DNA of 64,000 bases. Source: Pontiella sp. (lineage in GTDB: Bacteria > Verrucomicrobiota > Kiritimatiellia > Kiritimatiellales > Pontiellaceae). The position numbers and the translations under genes are program-made. The notes under the pieces were generated by a model. That model searched no databases. It saw only the letters and a list, made by a program, of their open reading frames with translations, and had not been told where the DNA came from. The stretch lies in contig JAZGFK010000140.1 in assembly GCA_036479375.1 (NCBI GenBank), forward strand, positions 2,215 through 66,214. Reading direction: 5' to 3'. Positions 8,780 through 18,194 of the stretch are shown piece by piece; position 1 is the first letter of the stretch, and each line of letters opens with the position of its first letter.

Positions 8780-10498
8780 ATGACTTCCAAATTCTGGAAA
8801 ATCCGCTCAACCAATGATGAAAATGTTGCATCGATCGCTACTCAAACCAAGCTGCCGTTACCGATTGCGCGGATACTGGCGTTGCGTGGTTTCCAGGCAT
8901 TGGAAGAAATCGAAAACTACCTCAATCCGCGGCTTGCGAACTTGTCCGATCCCTTCCAATTGCCCGATATGGAAAAGGCCTCTGTTCGCCTTTGGAAAGC
9001 GATTGATGAAGGCGAATCAATTACCGTATTTGGCGACTACGATGTCGACGGCATAACATCGGCCGCACTAATGACCCGTATTCTTTCTGTGTTGGGCGCC
9101 AGTATAAAACCCTTTATTCCCGATCGGCTCGACGAAGGGTATGGCCTTTCACAAGATGCCATGGAACGCTGCCTTTCCGAGCACGGTTCTACCGTAGTCG
9201 TCACCGTTGATTGCGGAACCAATTCGGTGGAAACCATTGCCTGGGCGAATGAGAAGAATGTGGACGTTATTGTTACGGATCATCACGAACCGGATGCAGA
9301 AACTGCGCCTGCCTTTGCCCTCATCAACCCGAAACTGGGAACGGTTAAAATGCATGAAAACCTCTCCGGGGTAGGGGTTTCCTTTAAACTGGCGCATGCA
9401 TTGATTAAAACCGGCCGTACGCAAAATAAACCTGCAGCGTCTTTAGTCAAACTCCGCGACTACCTTGATATCGCCGCGCTCGGTACGGTCGCCGATATCG
9501 TTCCTTTGATAGAAGAAAATCGAATCATTGTCCGCCACGGACTTGCGCAACTTGGACGTTCGAAATGGGTGGGCATGGAGGCGCTGAAAAAAGTCGCCGG
9601 TGTAAAAGGCGAGCTCGACACCTATCACCTCGGGTTCCAGTTGGGCCCGCGGATCAATGCGGCCGGACGTATTGGCCAGCCGATGAAAGCACTGCAACTA
9701 CTCGTAACCAATGACAATTCCGAAGCTGGAAATATCGCCCAGCTGCTCAACCAGAATAACCGGGAGCGGCAGGGGATTGAGCGTGAAATGTCCGATGAGG
9801 CCTTTGCGGAAATCGATGTTTATTTTGATCCTGCAATTCATTTCGGCTTAGTCGTTGCACGCGAGGGATGGCATCCGGGCGTGGTGGGTATTGTTGCATC
9901 CCGCGTTTCGCGGCACTATAACCGTCCTGCAATCGTGATGGGCATTCAGGATGATGGATCGGCTCGCGGCTCCTGCCGCAGTATTGAAGAATACAATATG
10001 CTCGATGGACTGGAGGTTTGCGAACGACACCTTAGCAAGTTTGGCGGGCATATGATGGCCGCAGGACTCGAAGTTAAACCCGATGCACTTGACGCCTTTA
10101 AAATGGATTTTAATAAAGCGGTCACCACCACGTTGTCGGGTGTTGATTTGTCACCCGTCCAGTATATTGATTCCCTGGTTGAAGCCGATGAAATAAACGG
10201 GGACTTTCTGGAGCACTTGAAACGCCTCCGCCCATTCGGAGAGTCCAACCCCGAACCGGTCTGGGCAATGCAGCAGGTCCATGTTTCTGGCTCGCCACGT
10301 GTGGTAGGAGAAAAGCACCTGAAGCTATCATTAGCTTGCAATGGCCAATCATTTGAGGCCATCGCCTTTGGCTATCCTATCAGTAAGCTTCCCGAGGGAG
10401 CGCTGGATATTGCCTTTACCCTTAAAGAGAACTATTGGAACGGAAATACAAGTCTGCAACTACAAGTCCTGGATATACGATCATCTGAATTATTTTGA
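8780..10498 (+). CDS. recJ: Single-stranded-DNA exonuclease RecJ
   Basis: GDYDVDG, TVDCG, TDHH, GTVADIVPL, PRINAAGR and GGHMMAAG motifs. Confidence 0.96.
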   Translation: MTSKFWKIRSTNDENVASIATQTKLPLPIARILALRGFQALEEIENYLNPRLANLSDPFQLPDMEKASVRLWKAIDEGESITVFGDYDVDGITSAALMTRILSVLGASIKPFIPDRLDEGYGLSQDAMERCLSEHGSTVVVTVDCGTNSVETIAWANEKNVDVIVTDHHEPDAETAPAFALINPKLGTVKMHENLSGVGVSFKLAHALIKTGRTQNKPAASLVKLRDYLDIAALGTVADIVPLIEENRIIVRHGLAQLGRSKWVGMEALKKVAGVKGELDTYHLGFQLGPRINAAGRIGQPMKALQLLVTNDNSEAGNIAQLLNQNNRERQGIEREMSDEAFAEIDVYFDPAIHFGLVVAREGWHPGVVGIVASRVSRHYNRPAIVMGIQDDGSARGSCRSIEEYNMLDGLEVCERHLSKFGGHMMAAGLEVKPDALDAFKMDFNKAVTTTLSGVDLSPVQYIDSLVEADEINGDFLEHLKRLRPFGESNPEPVWAMQQVHVSGSPRVVGEKHLKLSLACNGQSFEAIAFGYPISKLPEGALDIAFTLKENYWNGNTSLQLQVLDIRSSELF

Positions 10499-10543
10499 TG
10501 TTAAATCTAATTCGCCCTTCCTTAATCGTTGGGCTGAAGCCGC

Positions 10544-10572
10544 TTGACACGGTGGAGTCTTATCTATACAAC
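10544..10572 (+). promoter_or_regulatory. Candidate sigma70 promoter of the DEAD-box helicase operon
   Basis: TTGACA-17 bp-TACAAC. Confidence 0.5.
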
Positions 10573-10673
10573 CGCCGCCTGATTCGTGGACGGCCATTTC
10601 GGCCACGTCCTCTTTTTCTTCACTCCACCGGTGGCGAGTAGAAAAATATTTATTCGCCGGATAGGAAAAACAT

Positions 10674-11999
10674 ATGAAGAAAGAAAACGACCTCAACGGG
10701 GTCTTCGGATCGCTATTGCCGGAAATCGGCCAAGCGATATCCGAAGCAGGATATCACACACCATCACCGATTCAGGAACAGGCAATACGGCCGTTGCTGG
10801 AAGGACGCGACATGATTGGCTGTGCCCAGACCGGTACCGGAAAAACTGCGGCGTTCACATTGCCTATTCTCCAGTATCTAACCATCAAAAATAAGAAGCC
10901 GGTCTCGAAAAGACCGGAAGTTCTGATTCTTGCACCAACCCGTGAGTTGGCGGCCCAAATTGGCGACAGCGTTGCGAAGTATGGCAAGCACACCAAAATC
11001 TCACAGACCGTCATTTTTGGCGGCGTGGGACAGAATCCACAAGTGAAGGCGATTCGCCGTGGGGTGAATATTCTGGTTGCGACACCGGGCCGGTTGATGG
11101 ATTTGGTAAGTCAAAACTGCATTGATCTGGGGGGGGTTGAAATCTTTGTACTCGACGAAGCCGACCGCATGCTGGATATGGGCTTTATCCACGATATCAA
11201 GAAGGTGATCGCCAAACTGCCGAAAAAACGTCAGTCACTCTTTTTCTCTGCAACGATGGAACCGAAAGTAAAACAGCTTGCGGAATCGTTAGTGAACAAC
11301 CCTGCCCAGGTATCGATTGAGCCGGATAAACCTGCGGTGGATCGCATCATTCAGAAAATGATGTTTGTCGATAAAAAGAATAAAGACGAAGCCATCATGG
11401 CGCTGATGGCCAGTAAGAAGCTTGATCGCGTGATTATCTTTGTGCAGATGAAGCACGTGGCCAACAAGGTTACCCGTAAGCTAGAAGGGATCGGGATCTC
11501 GACTGCGGCCATTCATGGAAATAAGAGTCAGGGCGCCCGAACTCAGGCGTTGGCCGATTTTAAATCCGGCAAACTACGCGCGCTCGTTGCGACCGATATC
11601 GCCGCGCGCGGTATTGATGTTGACGGCATTTCGCATGTCATTAATTACGACATTCCGGTTGAACCGGAAACGTATGTTCATCGCATTGGGCGTACCGCAC
11701 GTGCCGGTGCCGATGGCGACGCTATTTCGATTTGCAGTGCCCAGGAACGCGACTATTTGCGGGCCATCGAAAAACTGATCCGTATTCAAATTCCTGTTGA
11801 TCTCAAGCATTCATTGCATTGCGAAAAGTCGATGAACGCCACGGGGGCCGATGCTAAACCGGGACCCAAGGTTCGTCAGAACCATGGCAAGATAACAGTT
11901 GGTGCAAACGGACGCGCAAAGCAAGTGGGCAGTAATAAACGCCCCGGTAAAGTCCAGAGCCGGCGTTCTTCGAATTCCAGGAGAAAGAGCTATGGTTGA
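10674..11999 (+). CDS. DEAD-box RNA helicase (RhlE-like)
   Basis: AQTGTGKT, PTRELA, DEAD, SAT, ARGID and HRIGRTAR motifs; basic C-terminal tail. Confidence 0.95.
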   Translation: MKKENDLNGVFGSLLPEIGQAISEAGYHTPSPIQEQAIRPLLEGRDMIGCAQTGTGKTAAFTLPILQYLTIKNKKPVSKRPEVLILAPTRELAAQIGDSVAKYGKHTKISQTVIFGGVGQNPQVKAIRRGVNILVATPGRLMDLVSQNCIDLGGVEIFVLDEADRMLDMGFIHDIKKVIAKLPKKRQSLFFSATMEPKVKQLAESLVNNPAQVSIEPDKPAVDRIIQKMMFVDKKNKDEAIMALMASKKLDRVIIFVQMKHVANKVTRKLEGIGISTAAIHGNKSQGARTQALADFKSGKLRALVATDIAARGIDVDGISHVINYDIPVEPETYVHRIGRTARAGADGDAISICSAQERDYLRAIEKLIRIQIPVDLKHSLHCEKSMNATGADAKPGPKVRQNHGKITVGANGRAKQVGSNKRPGKVQSRRSSNSRRKSYG

Positions 12000-12828
12000 A
12001 GTAGGGAGAGTCAACACGCTGGAGGTGTCCCGCAATTCTGATTTCGGTTTATTACTGGAAGGCGGCGAACTGGGCGAAATCCTGATGCCGAAACGCTATG
12101 TTTCCAAGGAATGGAAGACGGGCGATAAGATAGAAGTATTTGTCTATCTCGATTCTGAAGACCGTCTGACGGCCACAACGGACAGGCCTAAAGCGATGGT
12201 TGGAGAGTTTGCTCTCCTGCGTGTGAAAGAACTGACGGCCATCGGCGCATTCCTCGATTGGGGGATGCCCAAGGATTTGTTTGTGCCATTTCGCGAACAG
12301 CGGATGAATATGCGTGAAGGCGAGTCATACATTGTTCACATCTATTTGGATCGGGCAAGTGGTCGTATTGCAGCATCATCCAAGCTGGATAAATATCTGG
12401 AATCGTCAATACGGTATTATAAAGACGGCGATGAAGTTGAGTTGATGATTTGGCAAAAAACGGATCTGGGTTATAAGGCCATTATCAACAATGAGCGCTG
12501 GGGTATGGTTTTTCATAACGAGGTTTTTCAGGCGATGCAGCGTGGAAAAACAATGAAGGGCTATATCAAAACGATGCGTCCCGATGGTAAAATTGATCTG
12601 TGCCTTCACAAGCCGGGCTATGAAAAGGTGACGCTACTTACCGACAAGATTTTAAACTACATTAAAGAGCAGGGCGGTTTTATGCCCATTACCGACAAGA
12701 ATCCGCCGGAAGAAATCTACGGGTTATTCAGCGTCAGCAAGAAGACCTATAAAAAGGCGATCGGCGCACTCTATAAACAACGGATGATCACGATTGAAAA
12801 GAGCGGAACCCGGTTGCTAGGGAAATAG
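11992..12828 (+). CDS. S1-repeat RNA-binding protein, CvfB/YitL family
   Basis: VFVYLDSEDRL, GAFLDWGMPKDLFVP and SKKTYKKAIGALYK. Confidence 0.92.
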   Translation: MVEVGRVNTLEVSRNSDFGLLLEGGELGEILMPKRYVSKEWKTGDKIEVFVYLDSEDRLTATTDRPKAMVGEFALLRVKELTAIGAFLDWGMPKDLFVPFREQRMNMREGESYIVHIYLDRASGRIAASSKLDKYLESSIRYYKDGDEVELMIWQKTDLGYKAIINNERWGMVFHNEVFQAMQRGKTMKGYIKTMRPDGKIDLCLHKPGYEKVTLLTDKILNYIKEQGGFMPITDKNPPEEIYGLFSVSKKTYKKAIGALYKQRMITIEKSGTRLLGK

Positions 12829-12871
12829 GCAGAAAATTTCCAATTACGCATTACGTATTAGGGAGAAGCTC

Positions 12872-13201
12872 ATGAATGGGTTTGACGATCTGGATATTGT
12901 TTTTTCATCGGACAAGGGACGTATAAAGCCTGAGAAGAAGAAAGCCTCCGCGCCGAAGGGTGATGGCATTGTTCGGGTGGGTCGGGAAACCAAAGGGCGT
13001 AGAGGCGCGGGGATGACGATAATCACCGGCGTGCCGCTGCATCCCGAAGGATTGAAGGGTCTCGCCAAAAAGCTGAAGCAGAAATGCGGCACTGGCGGAA
13101 CCCTCAAAGGGCAGACCATTGAGATCCAGGGCGACCACCGCGATTTCCTTGTTACTGAGCTTCAGGCACTTGGATATACGGTCAAAAAGTCCGGCGGTTA
13201 A
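12872..13201 (+). CDS. yciH: Translation initiation factor SUI1 family protein
   Basis: RETKGRRG..TII.G, LKQKCGTGGT and IEIQGDHR. Confidence 0.92.
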   Translation: MNGFDDLDIVFSSDKGRIKPEKKKASAPKGDGIVRVGRETKGRRGAGMTIITGVPLHPEGLKGLAKKLKQKCGTGGTLKGQTIEIQGDHRDFLVTELQALGYTVKKSGG

Positions 13202-13336
13202 CTGTTTTTAAGCATTTGGATCTCTTCGTTTCACGTTTAGCAGAAAATACTATTGGATGACTTGACCGTGCGCATTTTCTAGGGCACGGTGCGCCCTTTC
13301 TAACAGAACCCAAACATAACCCGAGGAAGGTATGTT

Positions 13337-15232
13337 ATGAGCGATTGGATCGGCCACGAGTGCGGTATTGCTGCGATTCGGCTTCTTAAGCCGCTGGATT
13401 TTTACATCGAGAAATATGGCACTCCGATGTATGCCGTTAATAAACTCTCCCTGCTGATGGAAAAGCAGCATAACCGCGGCCAGGATGGCGCCGGTGCTGC
13501 GACGATCAAACTCGATATGCCTGCGGGCGTTCCCTACATTGCCCGAACCCGATCCGCCGATAAAAATCCGATCATGCAAGTGCGTAACCGCATGGTAAAA
13601 TCGTTCGCCGATGCCCGCGAAAAAAATCCAGCGGGTTATCAGGATGGCGAATGGGTAAAAAACAACGTCCTCTTTGCGGGTGAACTTCTGCTCGGTCATT
13701 TACGCTACGGCACTCACGGTGCCGCGGGCGAGTCCTTCTGTCATCCCTTTCTACGTCAGAATAATTGGATGACCCGAAACCTTGTGCTGGCAGGTAATTT
13801 TAACCTCACGAACAACAATGAGCTGTTCGATATGCTGGTTGAACTGGGGCAGCATCCGCGTAACAAGACCGATACCGTCATGGTGCTGGAAAAAATCGGT
13901 CATTTTCTCGACGAAGCGAACGATTTTCTCTTCCGAAAATACCGCAAGGAAGGGCTTAACCGCCTGGAGATTACAGCGAAGATAATCCAGGAACTGGATA
14001 TTAACCGTGTACTTAAAAAAGCTACGCGTGCGTTTGATGGGGGCTATGTAATGGCCGGAATGATCGGTCATGGCGACCTGTTTGTGTTGCGCGACCCCAA
14101 TGGTATCCGTCCGGCATTTTACTATCAGGATGAAGAGCTTATTGCGATCGCATCGGAACGCCCTCAAATCCAGACGGCTCTCGATGTGCCGATTGGGTCG
14201 GTCAAGGAAATCGAGCCGGGCCATGCCTTGATGGTGAAACGTACCGGCGCAGTAACGATGGAAAAGATTAATGAGCCGGGCGAGCCGCAGCAATGCTCGT
14301 TCGAACGCATCTATTTTTCCCGAGGTACGGACAAAGACATTTATCAGGAGCGAAAAAACCTGGGTCGTTCACTGGTTCGTCGGGTTCTTGATCGGGTTGA
14401 CTATGATTTGGAGAACACGGTGTTCTCTTTCATTCCCAATACGGCCGAAACCGCTTTCTTTGGTTTGGTAGAGGGTGTGAAGGATGTCGTCGGTGAACGA
14501 ATGAAGTTTCACTTGCTCAAAGAACAACGGCTTACCCCAGAGCGAATAGATGAACTGCTTTCGTTCCAGCCACGTGTTGAAAAGCTGATGACCAAAGATG
14601 CCAAACTGCGCACCTTCATCACAGCCGATGCAGATCGCGAAGATCTAGTGGCTCAGGTGTATGATACGACATATGGCATTATAAAGCCGACCGACACACT
14701 GGTTGTGATGGATGATTCAATTGTCCGTGGGACGACCTTGCGTACGAGCATTTTGCGCATCCTCGACCGTTTAGGGATGAAGAAAATCGTCGTGGTTTCC
14801 TCCGCTCCTCAAATTCGTTTCCCGGACTGCTACGGCATCGACATGTCGAAGATGAAGGACTTTATTGCCTTCGAAGCCGCCGTGGCATTGGTTCATGATA
14901 CCGGTCGGGAAAATTTGCTGCAGGAAATCTACGAAGCCTGTAAAGAAAATGAAAACGTTCCGCGTGCGGAAGCAAAGAATCAGGTTACTCGGCTTTTCGA
15001 ACCATTTACGGCCCAACAGATTTCAGTGAAAATTGCCGAAATCCTGACGCCAAAGGGTATGAAAGCCGAGGTGGAAATCATCTACCAGAACATCAGCGGT
15101 TTGCATGAAGCCTGCCCGGGTCATAAAGGCGACTGGTATTTTACTGGAAACTATCCCACCCCCGGTGGCCACCGCGTTGCCAACCGCTCGTTCATCAATT
15201 TCATGGAAAAGAGCGACGCCCGCGCCTACTAG
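13337..15232 (+). CDS. purF: Amidophosphoribosyltransferase (long form)
   Basis: Propeptide then HECG, QHNRGQD, GHLRYGT, CSFERIYF, VMDDSIVRGTT and YGID. Confidence 0.9.
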   Translation: MSDWIGHECGIAAIRLLKPLDFYIEKYGTPMYAVNKLSLLMEKQHNRGQDGAGAATIKLDMPAGVPYIARTRSADKNPIMQVRNRMVKSFADAREKNPAGYQDGEWVKNNVLFAGELLLGHLRYGTHGAAGESFCHPFLRQNNWMTRNLVLAGNFNLTNNNELFDMLVELGQHPRNKTDTVMVLEKIGHFLDEANDFLFRKYRKEGLNRLEITAKIIQELDINRVLKKATRAFDGGYVMAGMIGHGDLFVLRDPNGIRPAFYYQDEELIAIASERPQIQTALDVPIGSVKEIEPGHALMVKRTGAVTMEKINEPGEPQQCSFERIYFSRGTDKDIYQERKNLGRSLVRRVLDRVDYDLENTVFSFIPNTAETAFFGLVEGVKDVVGERMKFHLLKEQRLTPERIDELLSFQPRVEKLMTKDAKLRTFITADADREDLVAQVYDTTYGIIKPTDTLVVMDDSIVRGTTLRTSILRILDRLGMKKIVVVSSAPQIRFPDCYGIDMSKMKDFIAFEAAVALVHDTGRENLLQEIYEACKENENVPRAEAKNQVTRLFEPFTAQQISVKIAEILTPKGMKAEVEIIYQNISGLHEACPGHKGDWYFTGNYPTPGGHRVANRSFINFMEKSDARAY

Positions 15233-15269
15233 TTTCGCGCGTTTTCGTTCGGCGCTGGGTTTTGTTTCC

Positions 15270-15372
15270 GAATGACGAATTTTGATTTATGGGTCTGCGA
15301 CGATTTTTGTGAATTAAGGCCAACGCCGCTTGAGTTCTATAAATCGGAAAACAGCAATCGGCAATCTAAAAT
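15270..15372. repeat. Degenerate inverted heptamer repeat tract between convergent genes
   Basis: Right arm AAATCGG-AAAACAG-CAATCGG-CAATCTA-AAAT; left arm GAATGAC-GAATTTT-GATTT. Confidence 0.5.
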
Positions 15373-15379
15373 ATACTTC

Positions 15380-18055
15380 CTAAGGACCGTAGAATTTGAG
15401 CTCGGTAACCTCCGATGGAAATGCGGTAAAAAGCAGGCGAACCATTTTTGTGCTGCGCTCTGGAAAATAGATTGTTGAGACCTTGCTACCGGGCAATATT
15501 TCAGCTTCCAGCGTTCCGCCAACTCTTCCAGTAGAAAATTCCCAGAGAGGTTCGTCATTTACAACGCTGTACCATGCGTTGGGATTTTCCGAGGTCTGGA
15601 TCTCCAGCCGGACTGGTTTTTTTGGTGCGTCGTATTGCCAGTGGATATCGAGGCGGTTGATTCGACGTTTTGAAGAAAACTGTGCCTGCACGAGGGTGTC
15701 CTGAGAGCTGTAAAGATCGTTGCAGTATGTTGTCAGGTCGTCGTCGAAAAACGCTCTGGATGCTAGACTGTTTTCGCGGTTGTCCACGGCATCTTTCATC
15801 TCATTCTTTCCGTAGTGCTGATAAAATTCCTGCAGTTCGGTGTAATAGTCTTTTTCAATTTTCCAGAGGGGTTCGTTTTCCTCACGCGCTTCGAGTACCT
15901 TACTTTTCCAAAGGTTGGGCGACTCACCACCCCCTTGTTTTACAAAGTCGCGGTATAGACCGACTTTTGCTTTTCCGCCAATCATCGTGGATTTAGCAAT
16001 TTTTGATTGTCTGAGTTTATTTGGATCGCCGATCAAAAGGGTGAGGGGATCGCTGAAGCTAATTTCTCCGCGTACATTCGTGAGCTTAGCCTTGATAATC
16101 CAAACACCCTGATTGCTAGGTCTGAAATTGGTTGTAAGTGTATCACTATCGACCTTTCCAAGTGAATGAAAACCTTCCCAGAGGCTGGTGTTGGAAGCAT
16201 AGAAATTAATGTGCTCAATCTTATCCCGATTCATGCCCGGGCGAAGTTCCATTCGGATAGAAATGGATTTCAGTTCGTTATGCGTACTGTGGTTAGCCGG
16301 GCTGGAAATCCGTATGCCGGAATTTCGGCTGATCGTTTCGAAAGCTTTGCTGGATTCAGTTAGCCATGGAGGGGTGGTTCCAAGACGATGAGCAAGCTGT
16401 GCCTCGAAAATGGATTCAGGTTGAACGGGTATTCCGGGAGATTCGTAGGCCAGCAGGTCGGTTCCAATGTCGGGAATCTCGAAGGGTTCGCCATGGAGCC
16501 CTGCAATAACCGGGTTGAGAAAATAGCCATACTTTTCGCCCTCCGGCCAGAAGTCGAAACGGCCGGGCCGGGTAACGTTCCAATTCCAGAACGTAAGTCC
16601 TTTGTCGTGCATGGGGAAGAACGTTGCTCCGCCGCCACGTGGGCGGAATCCTCCCTCATTTAGATCGTATAAAGTGGCTCGTGGAGCCCCGCAATGGGCT
16701 TCCATGCTGTCGTACTGCACGCAACGGAGGAAAACGGTATTCGCGGCGGAACGTGAAACGCCGAGCCCGTGGTGGGTGTCGCAGAATTCCCGGATATAGG
16801 CAAAGAGGTTTCCATAGGAACATTTGCATGTGATGGAGGTGTGTCCTACATTTCCCTCCAGGAGGATGTCGGAAAAGGTGTTGAACCCGCAGAGCCATGT
16901 TTGAATCGCCTGGCTGAAATCGACGATACGAATGCGGCGAACCCAGCTGTTGAAGGTCCGGTCGAGTTCGATCATGCGATAATCTTCGCCAAAGCGCGTT
17001 CCGTTATGATGTTTAAACTGATGCCTGTATCCGCCTCGAATCGACAGATCCTCGATGCCGCATTCATCAACCGTATTATCAATTCGGTAGATGGCAATGT
17101 TTTCGTAGTAGGACAGCTCTAATTGAATAGGTTCGCCGAATGTAACTATATTACCTTCAATGGATTTTATTTCGTGCAGTTCGAAAATGTCGGTCAGTTT
17201 TCCATCCTTATTTTTTGCTCGCTCAAGAATCCCTTTAGGCACGTCGTGCGGTTTATAAAATTCAGCGGTGGAGGCGGCGTCTGTATTCATCTGCGGATTT
17301 AGATTAATGCGTGTTCCGGTCGCCATTCCTTCAGTGGTGCTGACTTCGACAGAGAACAGATCAATCGGCCTGACGACGGTGCCTTTAAGCTTTTGGTCGC
17401 CGCGCCAGTAGTCTTCTTTTCCGCTGGATGAGCGAATTTGAATAAGCGGCATTCCAAGCATTGGAGATTCGCTGAATTCGAGCTGTGTGGTTCCAACTCC
17501 GCTGCCTTTGATGACTATATTGCTACGCTTGATTTCGATGGGTGGTTTGCCGAAGTCATCTTTTTCAAACAATCGAAAGTTCCCTTTCGGGAAATAAACG
17601 ACGGCCGCCCCGTTATGATTATGCGCTGCGGTCAGTGTGTCCAGTACGGCATCGCGGTCGGATTTTTCATCGTTTGGAGTCGCCCCGAATCTGATGACGT
17701 TAAAAAACCGGTGGGTATTCTCGTTGATTTCAGGAACCGGCTTTTCACAGCGATGGTACCCGGCATGGCTGTAGTCCGGCAGCTTCGCGCGTTCGCCATT
17801 TTCCTGTGCTTTCAGGTATTCATCATACAACGTTTTTTCGACGATGGTTTCTGGATCCTTTGCTTTTATAGATTTAGGGATCATGGGCTGATCAACTTTA
17901 ACCGGTGGGGCAGAGGTTTCTTGCGGAACAGGTGCTTCAGGAACGGGTGGTGTATTGGAGACAGCAGGGGGAGCTGACTTTTTTATGGCTACGTATACCA
18001 GCGTGATTATACTGGCAACGAAGAGCAGGATGATAACTGGGACAAGCTTTTTCAT
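15380..18055 (-). CDS. Membrane-anchored pectin-lyase-like beta-helix protein (DUF4955-like), possibly carbohydrate-active
   Basis: N-terminal TM, Pro-rich linker, LPDYSHAGY, FNV..FGATPND..SD and VYFPKG; C-terminal Ig-like/discoidin-like segments. Confidence 0.7.
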   Translation of the reverse strand: MKKLVPVIILLFVASIITLVYVAIKKSAPPAVSNTPPVPEAPVPQETSAPPVKVDQPMIPKSIKAKDPETIVEKTLYDEYLKAQENGERAKLPDYSHAGYHRCEKPVPEINENTHRFFNVIRFGATPNDEKSDRDAVLDTLTAAHNHNGAAVVYFPKGNFRLFEKDDFGKPPIEIKRSNIVIKGSGVGTTQLEFSESPMLGMPLIQIRSSSGKEDYWRGDQKLKGTVVRPIDLFSVEVSTTEGMATGTRINLNPQMNTDAASTAEFYKPHDVPKGILERAKNKDGKLTDIFELHEIKSIEGNIVTFGEPIQLELSYYENIAIYRIDNTVDECGIEDLSIRGGYRHQFKHHNGTRFGEDYRMIELDRTFNSWVRRIRIVDFSQAIQTWLCGFNTFSDILLEGNVGHTSITCKCSYGNLFAYIREFCDTHHGLGVSRSAANTVFLRCVQYDSMEAHCGAPRATLYDLNEGGFRPRGGGATFFPMHDKGLTFWNWNVTRPGRFDFWPEGEKYGYFLNPVIAGLHGEPFEIPDIGTDLLAYESPGIPVQPESIFEAQLAHRLGTTPPWLTESSKAFETISRNSGIRISSPANHSTHNELKSISIRMELRPGMNRDKIEHINFYASNTSLWEGFHSLGKVDSDTLTTNFRPSNQGVWIIKAKLTNVRGEISFSDPLTLLIGDPNKLRQSKIAKSTMIGGKAKVGLYRDFVKQGGGESPNLWKSKVLEAREENEPLWKIEKDYYTELQEFYQHYGKNEMKDAVDNRENSLASRAFFDDDLTTYCNDLYSSQDTLVQAQFSSKRRINRLDIHWQYDAPKKPVRLEIQTSENPNAWYSVVNDEPLWEFSTGRVGGTLEAEILPGSKVSTIYFPERSTKMVRLLFTAFPSEVTELKFYGP

Positions 18056-18194
18056 ACGTGTGTATTACTTACTATCACACAATACGGAAATCCCAAGACA
18101 TTATAAAGATTGGTACGAATGGTGCTTTAGATAGAGGCCTAACTGCAACATCGACGGTATTTGGCATAAGTTAAGGACGAACAGAGTTATCGAT

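Noticed and set aside
13262-13296. Purine/ZMP riboswitch upstream of purF
   Set aside because: Only a short ACCGTGC/GCACGGT inverted repeat overlapping a likely promoter; no aptamer consensus recognised
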